Assembly (NCBI RefSeq): GCF_036321535.1
Contig: NC_087436.1
Span: 24,058,001 to 24,122,000 of the forward strand
DNA: 64,000 nt
Source of the DNA: Camelus dromedarius
Lineage: Eukaryota
Direction of reading: 5' to 3'
Part shown: piece by piece, positions 1 to 11,757 of the stretch
Position numbering within the stretch: the stretch's first letter is position 1
Layout of the letters: each line of letters opens with the position of its first letter
Notes under the pieces: model-generated
Databases searched by the model: none
The model's input: the letters and a program-made list of their open reading frames with translations, nothing else
What the model was told of the DNA's origin: nothing
Made by a program: the position numbers and the translations under genes

Positions 1-880
1 AAAATGTTTAAATTTAAAAAGACATCACACCAACTGAAAAAGGTGAGGATACAAGAACAACTGGAGTTCTCATACTCTACTGGTGGGAATGTAAAAAGGT
101 ACAAACACTTTGGAAAACCATTTGGGAGGAATCTGTTAGTCAGATATACACTGACTACATGATTCAGTCATTCCACAACTAGATATTTTCCTAAGAGAAA
201 TGAAATCATATGCCTATACAAATACTTGCTAGCATCTGGTCAAACACCAGTCTAGATGTTGCTGTGAAGGTATTTTTTAGATGTGATAAACATTTACATC
301 AGCAGAGTCTGAGTAAAGCAGATTACCCTCCATGCTGTGGATGGGTCCCACCTACTCAGTTAAAGGTCTTAAAAAAGAGTCTAAGGTCCCCCAAAGAGAA
401 AAGGATTTTACCTCCCTTTGGACCCAGGACTGTAATATCAACTGTTGGAATTTCCAGCTTTCCAACCTGCCCTGTAAATTTCAGACTTGCCAGCCCCAAC
501 TATTACATGAGCTAATTTCTTAAAACAGATGTAAAAAAAAAAAAAAAAGGTGTGTGTGTGTACCCTATTGGTTCAACTCCTCTGGAGAACCCTAACACAA
601 ATGTCTATTAATAAGTGAGTAGATAAACACTTTGTGGCGTATCCATACAACAGGATACTACTCAATAGTGAAAAAGAATGAACTACTAATAAACAAAACA
701 ACATGGATGAATCTCAGAATAATTATGCTGAATGAAAAAGGCAAGATTCAAAAAAAAGCACTACGCTACAAGTTTATATAAAATTCTGAGAAGTGCAAAT
801 GAATCTATAGTGACAAAAGAAGATCAATAGTTGCCTAGAGATGAGGAGGGCTAGAGGGGAGGGTCACAAGAAAACCTGGG
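1..880 (+). mobile_element. Old L1 (L1M-type) 3' region interrupted by an MLT2 LTR
   Basis: L1 3' motifs (ggtgggaatgtaaaa...actttggaaaac; acaacatggatgaatctcagaataattatgctgaatgaaa) on both sides of ~234-598. Confidence 0.75.
234..598 (+). mobile_element. MLT2-type (ERVL) solo LTR
   Basis: Characteristic 'gctgtgaaggtattttttagatg...gagtaaagcagattaccctcc' and 3' end 'ctctggagaaccctaacaca'. Confidence 0.75.
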
Positions 881-2537
881 GATGATGGCTTCCTGCATGA
901 CTCAGGTTCCCTATTCCAAAATGACTTTCCTCTCCTTTGTTCACTGCGTGGAAACTACCTTAGATTATCAAATCCCGATGCCTGGAATCACCTGCCTCTG
1001 ATCATTACTTCCGTGACCCTCTTTCACTTTCAGGCCCACCATTCATCCTTTATCAGTAGTTTTCCCCTCCTGTCCTTATCTCCCTCTTTTTACCCCATAG
1101 TTAACTTCTGAGGTCTGTTATTTCCCCTCAGATTATTTCTTCCAGTTTCAGTTTCTTACTGGTTCTCTCCAACTTAGTACCTCAATATCCATTTCCTGCT
1201 TGCTAATATTTTTAAAATAATTTCCTTTTCCACACCAAGTTTGCAGGTTCAGTCTCCCATTGTGTGACAGTATTAGAGGTCATGTGTTTCCTCCTGTAAC
1301 AGGATCCTCTCTCCCCTCCAACAAGAAGTCAGTAAATACTGGTTGAGTAAGGCTCTCATAGCTGGCCACTTCCCTTCCCCTGACTTCCCCTCTGCAACAA
1401 ATAAATGGTTGGTCTAGATTTAGAAGCTACAGCTGAACATCTAAAGTGTGTAAACACTGAGGACAGGCATCTTTCTCATTCAAACTGTAGTTGCATCCCC
1501 GAAGTCTGGGAGAGTAGAAAGAAGATAATAAAAGTGTGGGACTGGGCTCTGACGGTTTCCAACACTGGGCTGCCTTTTCAAGGCAGCATAAATCTGGAGA
1601 GGCCAATGGCTCATGGGCCCCACTGGAGCCAAAAGGAGATCTACCTATGGAGGGGAAAACTGGGACTTGGCCATTCTGGACCCTACCTGTTATCACTGCT
1701 TCTAACTCCACAGCCTTAGAGAAAACACCAGGCAAGGCTTCTTGTTTCACGTATAAAATGGAAACAGTGAAATATGTGTGCCCCTAAATTTATATATTGG
1801 CAATGGTGCCCGAACCTGGAGCTTCCAAATGAAGCCGAGTATGTGAGAGCTTTGCCATGCGGTCTTTCCCCAGTTGTTCCCTGCACCTGGCCTGCCCCTG
1901 TGTGGAGCAGCAGCAAATGTGAGGATTGAGCTTCAGTAAATGGAAGGCCCAGCCCACCCACAGCCCCAGGAGGAGGACTCCGTCGGGCTGGCTCTGAGGT
2001 CAGGGGCCTCAGAGTGACCGTGGTTATCGCTGCGGCAGCCTGATGAGGGTGGAAAGGCTACTACGCTGCTTTTTCTGGAGAGCTTCCATTTTATTTCCCA
2101 TCCTATGAGTTGATTAAAAACTACTTGAGAATAAGCTCCTTTGGCTTTGCCTGTCTTTCCTCTTCCCGTGCTTTCTCCAGGAGCACATGTGTGCTGGGGA
2201 AGTGAATCAGGGCCCCGCCTCGTACCCTCCCAGCTGCAGCTGGGCTTCTTCACCACGTGGCTGCCTCTCAATCCAGCAGAAGCTTCTCTCTGTGGGGAAG
2301 CAGCCAAGGACCAGAACTGGTCATGCTGAGCACCAACCCTGGGCACTAGGCCCACCACAGTGGACACGTCTTACCCAGTGTCCTGTTTAATCCTCTTTGA
2401 AGACTTTTGCTAAAGCAGCAAGTTCTGGTTCTAAATGTCAACTAAACAATTGTCTCCCTCCCCCTCTCTCTCTGCCTCATTCCACCATTATTAAACATTC
2501 CCTGTCCACCACCAACCACCACTGGCCCAGTCTCCTC

Positions 2538-2626
2538 CTCCCACCCAAGTACTAACCAGGCCCGACCCACTTTAGCTTCCGAGATCAGATGAGATCGGGC
2601 ACGTTCAGGGTGGTATGGCCATACAC
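2538..2626 (-). pseudogene. 5S rRNA retropseudogene, 3'-truncated (~nt 1-89), in MGST2 intron 1
   Basis: Minus strand reads GTGTATGGCCATACCACCCTGAACGTGCCCGATCTCATCTGATCTCGGAAGCTAAAGTGGGTCGGGCCTGGTTAGTACTTGGGTGGGAG, i.e. mammalian 5S with mostly transition changes. The last ~30 nt, the terminator and a poly(A) tail are absent. Confidence 0.95.
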
Positions 2627-3336
2627 CCAGCTGCCTGACCTGGCCACAGTTCACACTGTCCCCTGCACCCACCAGCAAACAGAGCCTCTCTGCAGAGATG
2701 GCAGAGGCTGTGTCAGCCTGGGGGCATCCGTGGACCTGCCCCCGTGCTCTCTGCACACTCGGGTGGGCAGTGCCTACATGTAGGTCTCTGTGAACCAGGG
2801 GCTCAGTACACAGCGCTTCAGAAAACTAGGTGCTGCTTCAGTTGGCAATAAGCATCCTCCTTGGTGAATCAAACCACAAAATGTGTCTTAAGTATAACAT
2901 TTTCGTAAATTCACAAACTGGCTAGCAGGTCTGCCATTGAGTATGCGTGCAGGACTTTAATCCTAAACCGTGTGCCTCCATCATTCTACCCTGTTTCCTG
3001 GTATAAGCACACTGGGGAAAATAAATAAATACATGTCTTTGGTAAGTCTTGCTCACCAGGGCTCAGTCCCTTTCCCCATTTTGCTTTTTAAGTAAGCATG
3101 TACCTACAATAATATGAATTGAGCAAATGTGACTCCAGTGGAGAAGAAGCCCTCTATTTAACCAGGCAATTGGGATACTGAATAATCCTAGTGGGAAAGC
3201 ACTTTAAAACTTAGAATTAATTACTTAATTGGCAGCTCATATTTTTGCAGATTTTTTTTTACCTGATAATCATACCTGCCATAGGCAGCTTATTTTAGAA
3301 ACACACATTAATTAAAAGGTTGGGGCTCAAGGTGGT

Positions 3337-3416
3337 GGGGGGGAATAGCTCAGTTTTGCTTAGCATGCAAAAGGTCCAAGGTTCAATCCCCAGTGCCTCC
3401 ACTAAAATAAATAAAA
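3337..3416 (+). mobile_element. tRNA-Ala-derived SINE (Vic-1-like), short/degraded
   Basis: GGGAATAGCTCAG...GCTTAGCATGC...GGTTCAATCCCCAGTGCCTCCA followed by an A-rich tail; internal deletion after the A box. Confidence 0.85.
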
Positions 3417-3822
3417 CAAGAAGTAAAATTAAGATTGCATTCAAGAAATCACAGCCACGGTTTATAAGCAGATACATTACACCTGGAACACTCCTAATTA
3501 ACATTTATAGCTCACCTCCCCCAGGTTAGCTAACTTCTATGCTCACTTGCACTGGGCTGTGGGTTGTAATCATAGGTGATGCAGAATCCCTGGGCTTGGA
3601 AGGCCCACGGCGTCCCCACTGGGAGAATTAATTCCTGGAATGTTCCAAACTCTGCCCGTCCGCAGAGAAGGAGACGCTGATGACCCTAAACACACTGTGC
3701 CCTGCAGAGGCCACGGGCCACCAGCAAGTGAGTATGAAACCCCCAAACCCTCCCTCCCCACGCCCCTCCCCGTCCCCCCCGCCTCCCCCTCCCCCAGCAC
3801 ACACGCGGCCTGGGGCTCTTAC

Positions 3823-3880
3823 TTTGCTGACAAGCAGAGAGGACAGAGAGGGCAGCCAGCAAGATCGAATTCCAGGCCAT
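3823..3880 (-). CDS. MGST2: Microsomal glutathione S-transferase 2, coding exon 1 (58 nt, phase-1 intron follows; downstream exons lie outside the window to the left)
   Basis: Translates MAWNSILLAALSVLSACQQ(S), matching the recalled mammalian MGST2 N-terminus MAGNSILLAA(V/L)S(I/V)LSACQQS. Strong Kozak context (AAAATGG) and canonical donor CAAA|GTAAGA at 3822-3817. No exon-2 sequence (YFALQVGKAR...) seen in 1-3822. Confidence 0.95.
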
Positions 3881-4150
3881 TTTTCACGTGGAACGTTCTG
3901 GTTCACGGAACTATCTGCAGAAATCCAGGGGACGATAACGGATTTGGCAAGGCTGACCGGAATTCCTTACAAGGCAAACAGAGCTGAGAAAGAAAAAAAA
4001 AAAAAAAATGGAGACTCAAGCGGCTGAGTAACCTTTGCCCTGGAACCGGAACCAGGAAGGCAGGCGGGTCCGGGCTGTCAGTGACAGAGCTGCACCTGGC
4101 GGGGACTGGCTTCGTGATCTGGCTTCACGTCTCTCGTATCTGAGCTCCGA
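3881..4150 (-). promoter_or_regulatory. Putative TATA-less MGST2 promoter / 5' UTR
   Basis: Directly upstream of the ATG and locally CpG-enriched. CACGTG at 3885-3890, ETS-like GGAA cores (~4047-4059), GC-box-like GGCGGG (~4063, ~4098). TSS cannot be determined from sequence. Confidence 0.6.
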
Positions 4151-4507
4151 CCTGTGGAATCAGCCCTCCAGCAGCAGCACCTGCAGTTAAACCATCTCCT
4201 CAGCCAATTCAAAACCAATTTCCTCTCCTTCACTTCTAATCCCTGGATCTCTTTGGTCCCCTCCCTGGCTCCAAGGCCTGGCTGAGACCTTTCTCACCTC
4301 CAGTGGAAAAAAAGAGAAAAGATGGAAGAGTGTATTTAATCCTACTGAGATTTACATGCTAACTGAAACTGATTCTAACTTTATTCCCTAGTAGATGGCA
4401 GACCCAGGATTTGAACCCAAGTACCACGGATTCCAACTGAGCCCTCAGCCCTGTTCCATGCTGCCTCCACTGTTGTCTTAACTCTCCCATGATCGTGGTG
4501 ACCATAA

Positions 4508-4765
4508 CTTTTTTCATTGAGATGTGACTCACATATAGTATTAGTTTTATATGTACAACATGATTTGATATATGTACATATTGCAAAACAATCACAGTAA
4601 GTTTAACATCCATCACCTCATATAATTTCAATTTTTTTCTTGTGCTGAGAACTTTTAAGATCTACTTTCTTAGCAACTTTCAAATAACCAATACATTATT
4701 GTTAGTCATCATTCTGTACATTACATCCCTAGGATTTATTTATCTTGTAACTGGAAGCTTGTACC
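4508..4765 (-). mobile_element. L1 3' UTR fragment
   Basis: T-tract followed by the reverse complement of an L1MA-type 3' end (catccatcacctcatat...aagatctactttcttagcaactttcaa). Confidence 0.75.
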
Positions 4766-5538
4766 ACAAATTAAAAAAAAAAAAAAAACTAGCATATGTT
4801 TTCTGAGAAGGAAGAGGGCCCTGGAGGAAAGAAGTAGGCCAATATTTTTTTTTATTGACCTCCAGTAGCAAACACAGAACACGTGATCTCCTCGCAGGTC
4901 CAGCGCCCCTCCTTTGCCAGAGCAATGCCCCACACCACCCAGATGGAGCTGTCCTTCCACAGCTGGGAGCTGCTTCTGCAGAACCTATTCATCACAGCCC
5001 CTCCCCTCTGTCAACTTAATTGTTTTTCCCTTTAAAGATTCAGCTTCCCACAAAACAAAATTGGGGTCCCCCAGCTCACTTAGAGGGAGCCCCAGTGCCC
5101 CTGGGAAAACCGGCGTGTCTCAGCCTCACACAAGCCCTGACTGGGGCTCCCAGCCCAGACACTTAAGGATGACACAGCCTTGGACAGGAGTTGAACCTCA
5201 GTTTGATAGGATGGGCTAATGAAGGTTGAAGGGAACTTTAAATGAAATAGGACTGTTATGAGGATTGAACTAGTTAACATTCATAAACACTTCAAACAGC
5301 ACCCGGCATCTAAAAATGTGTTCTGTGTGTTTGTTAAATAAACCCATAAAGTATCTAGAAAACTATTCAGCATATTATGTACCTAATGTTAAAAAATATT
5401 TTTTAAAAGGTAAAAGTCATGCCTCTTGTACAAATATAAAATGAAACCATATTAAAGATTTGATTGAATTCTTTAACGAGAACTAGTATGACATCTTAAC
5501 CAGTTCAAAGCAGAATTCAAGGAACCACTCATACATGG

Positions 5539-5917
5539 TGTTAAAAACAAAATCCAACTGAGTTCATTTTAAAGATCTTAATGGATCTATTCAGTGATTC
5601 ACGATTCGGGTATCATCCAATCCAGCAGACAGAAAGGACCTCTGAGGAGCTGTACAAAATGAAAGACTTTACAGGCAGAAGGGAGCAGGAACGAGGAAGT
5701 TATACTTGGCAAAAAGTGAACGGGTTATTGCAAGGTTATTTTCCTTTAGAGAATGGCAGGGATCTATCAGGCAGGATACTTAACTGGTGCTGAGCAAGCA
5801 ATTCCTGGTTTAAGATCCCGTCTCTGGGTGAGCAGAAACTGTAAGCTAAGTCAGGTTTGGTGACATGGGGCTTAACCTTAGCAACTCCATTTGGGGCCTG
5901 TTGTCTTGTTTTTAACA
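5539..5917 (-). mobile_element. ERV1-class solo LTR
   Basis: TG...CA ends with a perfect 12-bp terminal inverted repeat TGTTAAAAACAA/TTGTTTTTAACA; 4-bp TSD ATGG/ATAG. Confidence 0.75.
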
Positions 5918-6617
5918 ATAGGGAATCAGAGATTACTTTACAAATAGTTATAAACCAAGTCTGCTCCCAGTGCCCTGCTGGTCTCTTCACATTGTCTCTG
6001 CTTTTATTTGTTCTTGAAACCACTGGAGACTAAGATTCTGTAAGAAGACAAATGCTAGAAGCCCAGGACAGCCCTGAAATTTCTCATGTATTTGATTGAA
6101 TGATTTTGACCTTCAGTACACGGCAGGATTCTAAACTGCAAGCCAGTCGCCCTGAACCCACATCACCATCTACTAAAATAACTTCCCCAAATGACAGGCC
6201 TCCAGGAAGAGGTCTGGGTTGGGCCCGTGGACAAGCGAAGGCTCTCTGAGTAAGACAACTGCTCCAAGAAAGAGAAATAGCAGAAGGAAGAGGTGAGTCA
6301 GGGAATGGGGGGTCCTGACTGATGGCCACAACCTCTGGGTGTTATCAGCTGCTGTTCTGAGAAGCTCAGGTACATCCATACTAGGGAACTAGTTAAAAAC
6401 AACAACTCCAGAATGACCTTCTTTAGCTCCTATTGATTTCCCTTCCTCTCGCTATCTGGAAAAATCCTGACATTCCCTACTGACTTCTCCCAGCCAATCC
6501 CAGTTGATCCCCATCCCCAGTCCTAAGAGATGGTTGATATAACAAAAAGTACCTCAAGTGCTTTGAAACCCCGTGCATTCATGTGTAATCTGCTTTCATA
6601 GGTCTTAAAAGTCAGTG

Positions 6618-7178
6618 GACAGAGAAAGACAAATATCATATGATATCCCTTATATGTGGAATCTAAAAAGCAATGGTACAAATGAACTTATTTACAAAAC
6701 AAAGGGAGACTCACAGACATAGAAAACAAACTTAAATAAACAACAAGGTCCTACTGTATAGCACAGGAAACTATATTCAATACCTTATAGCCTATAATGA
6801 AAAAAATATGAAAAGCAATATATATATATATATATAAACTGAATCACTATGCTGTCCAACAGAAATTAACACAACATTGTAAATCGACTATGCAGAAAGA
6901 AGAAAGAAAGAAAAAGAAAGGCAGACAGACTTATGGTTACCAAAGGGGAAAGGGTGGGGGAGGGATAAATTAGGAATTTGGGATTAGCAGATACAAACTA
7001 TTATGTATGGAATGGATAAACAATAAGGTCCTATTGTTCAGCACAGGGAAATGCATTCAATATCTTGTAATAACCTATGATGAAAAGGAATATATGTATG
7101 TATAACTGAATCACAAGGCTGTACACCAAAAACTAATACAACATTGTAAATCAACTAAACTTCAATTAAAAAAGAAAG
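6618..7178 (+). mobile_element. L1 3' end with a nested second L1 3' end (6734-6922)
   Basis: Outer TSD AAAGTCAGTG (6608-6617 / 7179-7188); inner TSD AAACAAACTT/AGACAGACTT (6724-6733 / 6923-6932). Confidence 0.85.
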
Positions 7179-8965
7179 AAAGTCAGTGTAGTTTCTGCCT
7201 CTAGGAAAGTATGAAACAACGGAACTTTGGATCTTGAAATATTTATCACCTTCTGTGATGATAAAGCTTCCAAATGATCCCACAGTTGAAACACTGCCAT
7301 AGCATTTAACAAACCAACAGGAACCAGAGCTTCTCTCTCCACCTCCCCTGGATGGGTGAAGGTGAAAAACATTTTCACTGAAGGTAATATAATACGTACA
7401 GATCCCTCTAGTGTGGGTCCTATTCCTTACATTTTGGTAAGAAAAGAAAAACAAAAGAAGAAACAACATATCAAGAGTTGCAGTGTTTTTAAAGTTGTAA
7501 AGTTTTTAAAGTGTTTTTTAAAATATTTGTATTACCTATATAAACTCAAAGAAATCTGCAAGGGTTTCTGAGAGTTTCGCTTATTAATCACTGTTACAAA
7601 AATTGTACTCTGGACAAGGCAAAACAGAGAGGCCACAGTGTGGTAATAGAAAAACAATCCCAAACCACGTGAAAGAGCTGTTTTCATGAAATGTAAACTC
7701 TAAATGTAACTATTTCTGAATAGTTTTGCTAATAGATGAAAAGATATGATCTATTTAACTACAGAAATATTCTCTCTCAGACCAACTGCATCCTCTCCCC
7801 ACCACCCCCACCCGTTATCCCCTGGCCTCACCCTCATGTTCTATCCCTGTCTCTCCAAAAACTACAGCTCACTGTCCTGGTTTCCACTGGCACTTCAGCA
7901 GCTATCTCTGCTGCCAACAGACCTGGCACAGAGAGAGACAGGAAACCCACCGCATTCCCAAGGATGCCCAGAAACAGAGCGATCGCAATTATCAAGGACC
8001 ATAATACACCTGACCGAAAACTAGACTGCATAAGGCTCTCCGTGTGCTTAGTGTTTATTGCATTCTCTTGCTGGAAGTCCTGACCAACTGAAAATACCAG
8101 AACAACTCAGCAAGTGTTTAAACAAAGCTCAGATAAACCAAACTTGAAATTGTACCTCAACCTACATGTTGCAAATGTAGGGAATCGCAGAGGTCCTGCA
8201 GAATATTCTCTCCCCTTCAGAAGCTGGAGCACCTTGCTCTGTGACCCTGCGTGTGGAAAACCAAGCCAAAGAGGGCAAAGGCGTCTTCCCCCATCGGGGA
8301 GACCTTTGCCCTGGGACGGGCAGGGCACAGAGCAGGGGATTACAGACCGGTTACAGCAAGCCTCAGACAGAAACTGCCTGTCATCCAACACCAGGAACGT
8401 CCCAAGCAGGCTCAAAGTCAGGGACTTAAAAGAGCAGAAAGGAAAGGAAAGATCAGTCCCCAGGGAAGTGTAGTGAGGGGAGCACAGGCTTCGAGCTGGT
8501 GATCTAGGCCTGCATCCCTGTACTTGTGGGCAAGTTGCTAAACGTCCTTGGACATGCTTTCTCAAAGGGAAATAATCATACAGGGTCCCTCTGATGACTT
8601 AACGAAATAATGTGAGGGAGGCAAACAGCACAGAGCCTGGCACGTGGCAGGGGGTCCACGAGGTCCCTCTGCTGCACCACCCACCTCAGGCCTGGTGGAC
8701 GCAGAGGAGACAAGATCAATTTGTGGAGAAGGACAAGGAAGTGGATGGTCACAGAACATCCTAATAGCTACCCAGACTGCGAGGATTTCCCAGAAGAATG
8801 GAAACAGAGCACTTGAATGGCTTCCAAATGGCCTTGGACAGTAATAGAAGATCTGAACTTGAGTTGTCTTAAGTTTCCATAAGATTTGGGAGAGGCTAAA
8901 GTAAAGCAGAATCTGGCGAGGGGAATCAGAAATCCTCACTGACAACTCCCAGCACACACAGCCCT

Positions 8966-8968
<3 letters not shown>

Positions 8969-9001
<33 letters not shown>

Positions 9002-9090
9002 AGATCCACACACATCCATACACACACCCGCTCCTAAACACTCCCACACACTAACACACACATATACTCACACACTCACATACACTCATA
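8969..9090. repeat. (CA)n microsatellite with degenerate extension
   Basis: Pure CA run ~8969-8996, then imperfect CA-rich sequence. Confidence 0.9.
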
Positions 9091-9442
9091 TCCCAAAACG
9101 GGATTTGTAAGCTGAATGGACCTTGAAACACATATTCTCATGGAAGTAATATTATAAATGGTATTATAAATGGTGGCCATGTTCTCAGGTGGCTGAATGT
9201 TCAATGAAATTTTAACTAATAAGTGATGTTTATGCCACATATTGGCACTTGAACCACCACAAAAGGAATTAACACTACTCTTTTGCCTCTCGTTTAACTA
9301 TTACTCATTTTTTTTAACTGAATAGCATTTGGAAGGAAGTGCTTTAAAACTGGGTTGTTGGAGTAAACTTCCTGCCCTGCCCCATGGAAGGAAGCCAGGC
9401 TCCCCATGGGCCATGCTCAGAGCTGGATTCATAAACTTGCTG

Positions 9443-9576
9443 AGGGGTGTAGCTCAGTGGAAGAACGTGTGCTTAGTTAGCATGCACGAGGTCCTGGGTT
9501 CAATCCCCAGAACCTCCATTAAAATAAATAAATAAGAAACCTAATTACCTCCCTCCCCACAAAAAAAAATTTAAAA
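9443..9576 (+). mobile_element. tRNA-Ala-derived SINE (Vic-1-like)
   Basis: tRNA-Ala(AGC)-like head, then 'aaacctaattacctccc' body and A tail; TSD ATAAACTTGCTG/ATTAACTTACTG. Confidence 0.9.
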
Positions 9577-9779
9577 ATTAACTTACTGGGACCAGAGCAG
9601 CAAGAAGCAGGAGTTCCCTGAACTCTGAGGGCCGAGGCACCGTGGACAGGCCTCCATCTGATGGGGGCTCTGATGTCTACCCCCACCACCAGCTCCCAGT
9701 TCCACACAACAGAAGGGGAGGAGCGAGCCAGGCCCTGGACAGAACTGTCTCAACTCACCTGCCTCACCAGCAATGAAGC

Positions 9780-10270
9780 ACATGTTTTATTCCCATTTTT
9801 CAGATGGAGAAACTGAGACTCAGAGGTTAGTGACTTGCCCAAGATCAGTACAACCCAGTCCTGATGTTCCCAAAGCCCTCGCTCTCAACTTCTGCTGCAC
9901 ATTGGAATCACCTGGGGGTCATTAAAAATACTGGTGCTTAGCTCTCCCCCGACACAGCAACTCTGATTTACCTGGTCTCGGGTTCATCCTGGGCACCTGC
10001 ATTTTTTAAAAGCTCCCCAGATGATTTTAGCGCTCAGCCAAGGTGGAAAACCCCTGCCTTAACCAGTGATTCTCAGTATGGTCCTCACCACGCACTGCCG
10101 TCACCTGAGGCGATGTAAACATGCAGATTTCCAGGCCTCATCCAGGATCCACTACTGAACATCAGTTTCATGTTGGTTAAGCAGCCACAGCCTCACACAG
10201 CTCACACAACACTGCTATGGGGTTGTGAGTTATTCTCATTTTACAGATAAGGACACTGAGACCCAGAGAA
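9780..10270. mobile_element. Cluster of MIR and MER5-type (hAT-Charlie) fragments
   Basis: MIR core 'cccattttcagatggagaaactgagactcagagg' (~9791, related copy ~10236); MER5A-like 'ctgcacattggaatcacctggggg...gctccccagatgatt' (~9880-10058). Confidence 0.75.
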
Positions 10271-11743
10271 CTTTGGGAACTGGTCTAATTACTCCATCTC
10301 ACTGCCTCCCAAAGAGAAGAAAGATCACACACCCTCTCGGGGTGGGGGTGGGGGAAGGAAGGAACAAACTGGTGGAAGCCCAGGTGAGTGCCACAGGGGT
10401 CCAGGAAGGAGGAGGAACGGGTATGGAAGGTTCTGCAGCAGGAGGGAAAAGGTGAGGGTAGGAGGAATGGGGTCCTGGGGGCCTCAGGGTGCAGCCCAGG
10501 AGAAGTGTAGGGAGATTTCCACAGGAGGGATTTCAGGGGTGCCTGGGTGGAGGAAGGAGGAGAAAGCAGACACAGGAGAAAGATTGAGACTGAGGTGGAG
10601 GAGAAGGGGTGCCCCGAAACCCCAGCAGAGAGAAGTCTGGCTGGAGCCTGTGACAGCTAATTCCACATCAGGTCCGCTGGTACTCGCCCGCTAACTGGCT
10701 GTGATGTCCATCCAGACATGGCCGTTCTCACATTAGAATCACCAAGGGCCTTTCTGAAATAAATACCAACTTAACTGAGAAATCTCTTGGATTTTGTGAT
10801 ACCAGCAGGGCCAACTACTGCCACTGAGAACTTGCTGAGATGTCTGTGCACCCAAGGAGGAGAGCTTACCTCGTCTGAACTAAAACGTGGCATTTTCTCG
10901 GGCTTGTCCTTAAGGCTTAACGTTAGTTTGTCTCTCGTGCGTTGCCCAGTGCCTTCATTAGGCATCCTCTGTAGGCAGGAAAGAAATCTAGCACAAAGAG
11001 GGTGCAGTGCGATTGGGCCACTTAAGGAAAAAGGAGGCACCATGGCTTCCCCTCCTGTCTCTCTGGGCTTGTTAGGGCAAAAGGAAAGGGCAGCTCTTCC
11101 CACTCTTGATAAGACACAAAATGTCACAGAATACAAACAGTTAAAAGCAGGTCGTGCTTTGACATGTGGCGCTACACCCACAACGGGGCTGACGCTAAAC
11201 CACTGTAATTACACCGCAGCCCCACCTGGCATAACCTGACTCACAGCACACCCATCTATCAGATCGCACGCAGGCCCAGCCAGGTCGTGCAGAAGAAACG
11301 TGACAAAACAAAACAGGAAAACCCTAGTGTAACGTCAGCACGGGCTTCAGGGCCTGGGACTGTTTTGTTCTGCTGCCTTAGCAAGAGGATAAGGAATTTC
11401 ACAGATTGCGTGCCTGGTTTTCTCTTTTCTTTTCCTTTCTTTTCGTTTATCCCTCCTGCTTTCACTTAGATTATGTTTGGTTCTCACCTTTATTTTGGGG
11501 GCTTTATCATAATTTCAGTCTCTGGCAGGTTTCTGGGACCGGAATTCCAGACAAAACAGCTTCATCTGCCCTTCTGCGCCCCTCACCTCCACTTCCCACC
11601 CTCTCCTCAGAGGACCTAATGGCTTATCATCTCTTTTCATCCCTGATTGGCAATCAGGAGATTCTGAAGAGCTGCACATTCGGGGCTGGGCGCTGTTGCT
11701 CAAACTTTGTCTTTTCCATCAACGGAAGTTGTATTTTGTCAAA

Positions 11744-11757
11744 CCACCAGGGGGAGT
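11744..11757 (+). promoter_or_regulatory. CTCF-like motif
   Basis: CCACCAGGGGGAGT, 12/14 match to CCACCAGGGGGCGC. Confidence 0.55.

Noticed and set aside
2538..2626. Functional 5S rRNA gene
   Set aside because: 3' ~30 nt and terminator missing, several substitutions, single isolated copy.
3686..3822. Continuation of the 64-aa ORF beyond ...CQQS
   Set aside because: Read-through into intron 1 past the GTAAGA donor; similarity to MGST2 stops at the splice site.
6618..7178. Apparent single L1 with a doubled, rearranged 3' end
   Set aside because: Explained by ordinary nesting: the inner element has its own TSD.
9443..9520. tRNA-Ala genes (also at 3337, 24680 and 50024)
   Set aside because: Each continues into a shared SINE body and/or A-rich tail, several with TSDs, and has disrupted stems.
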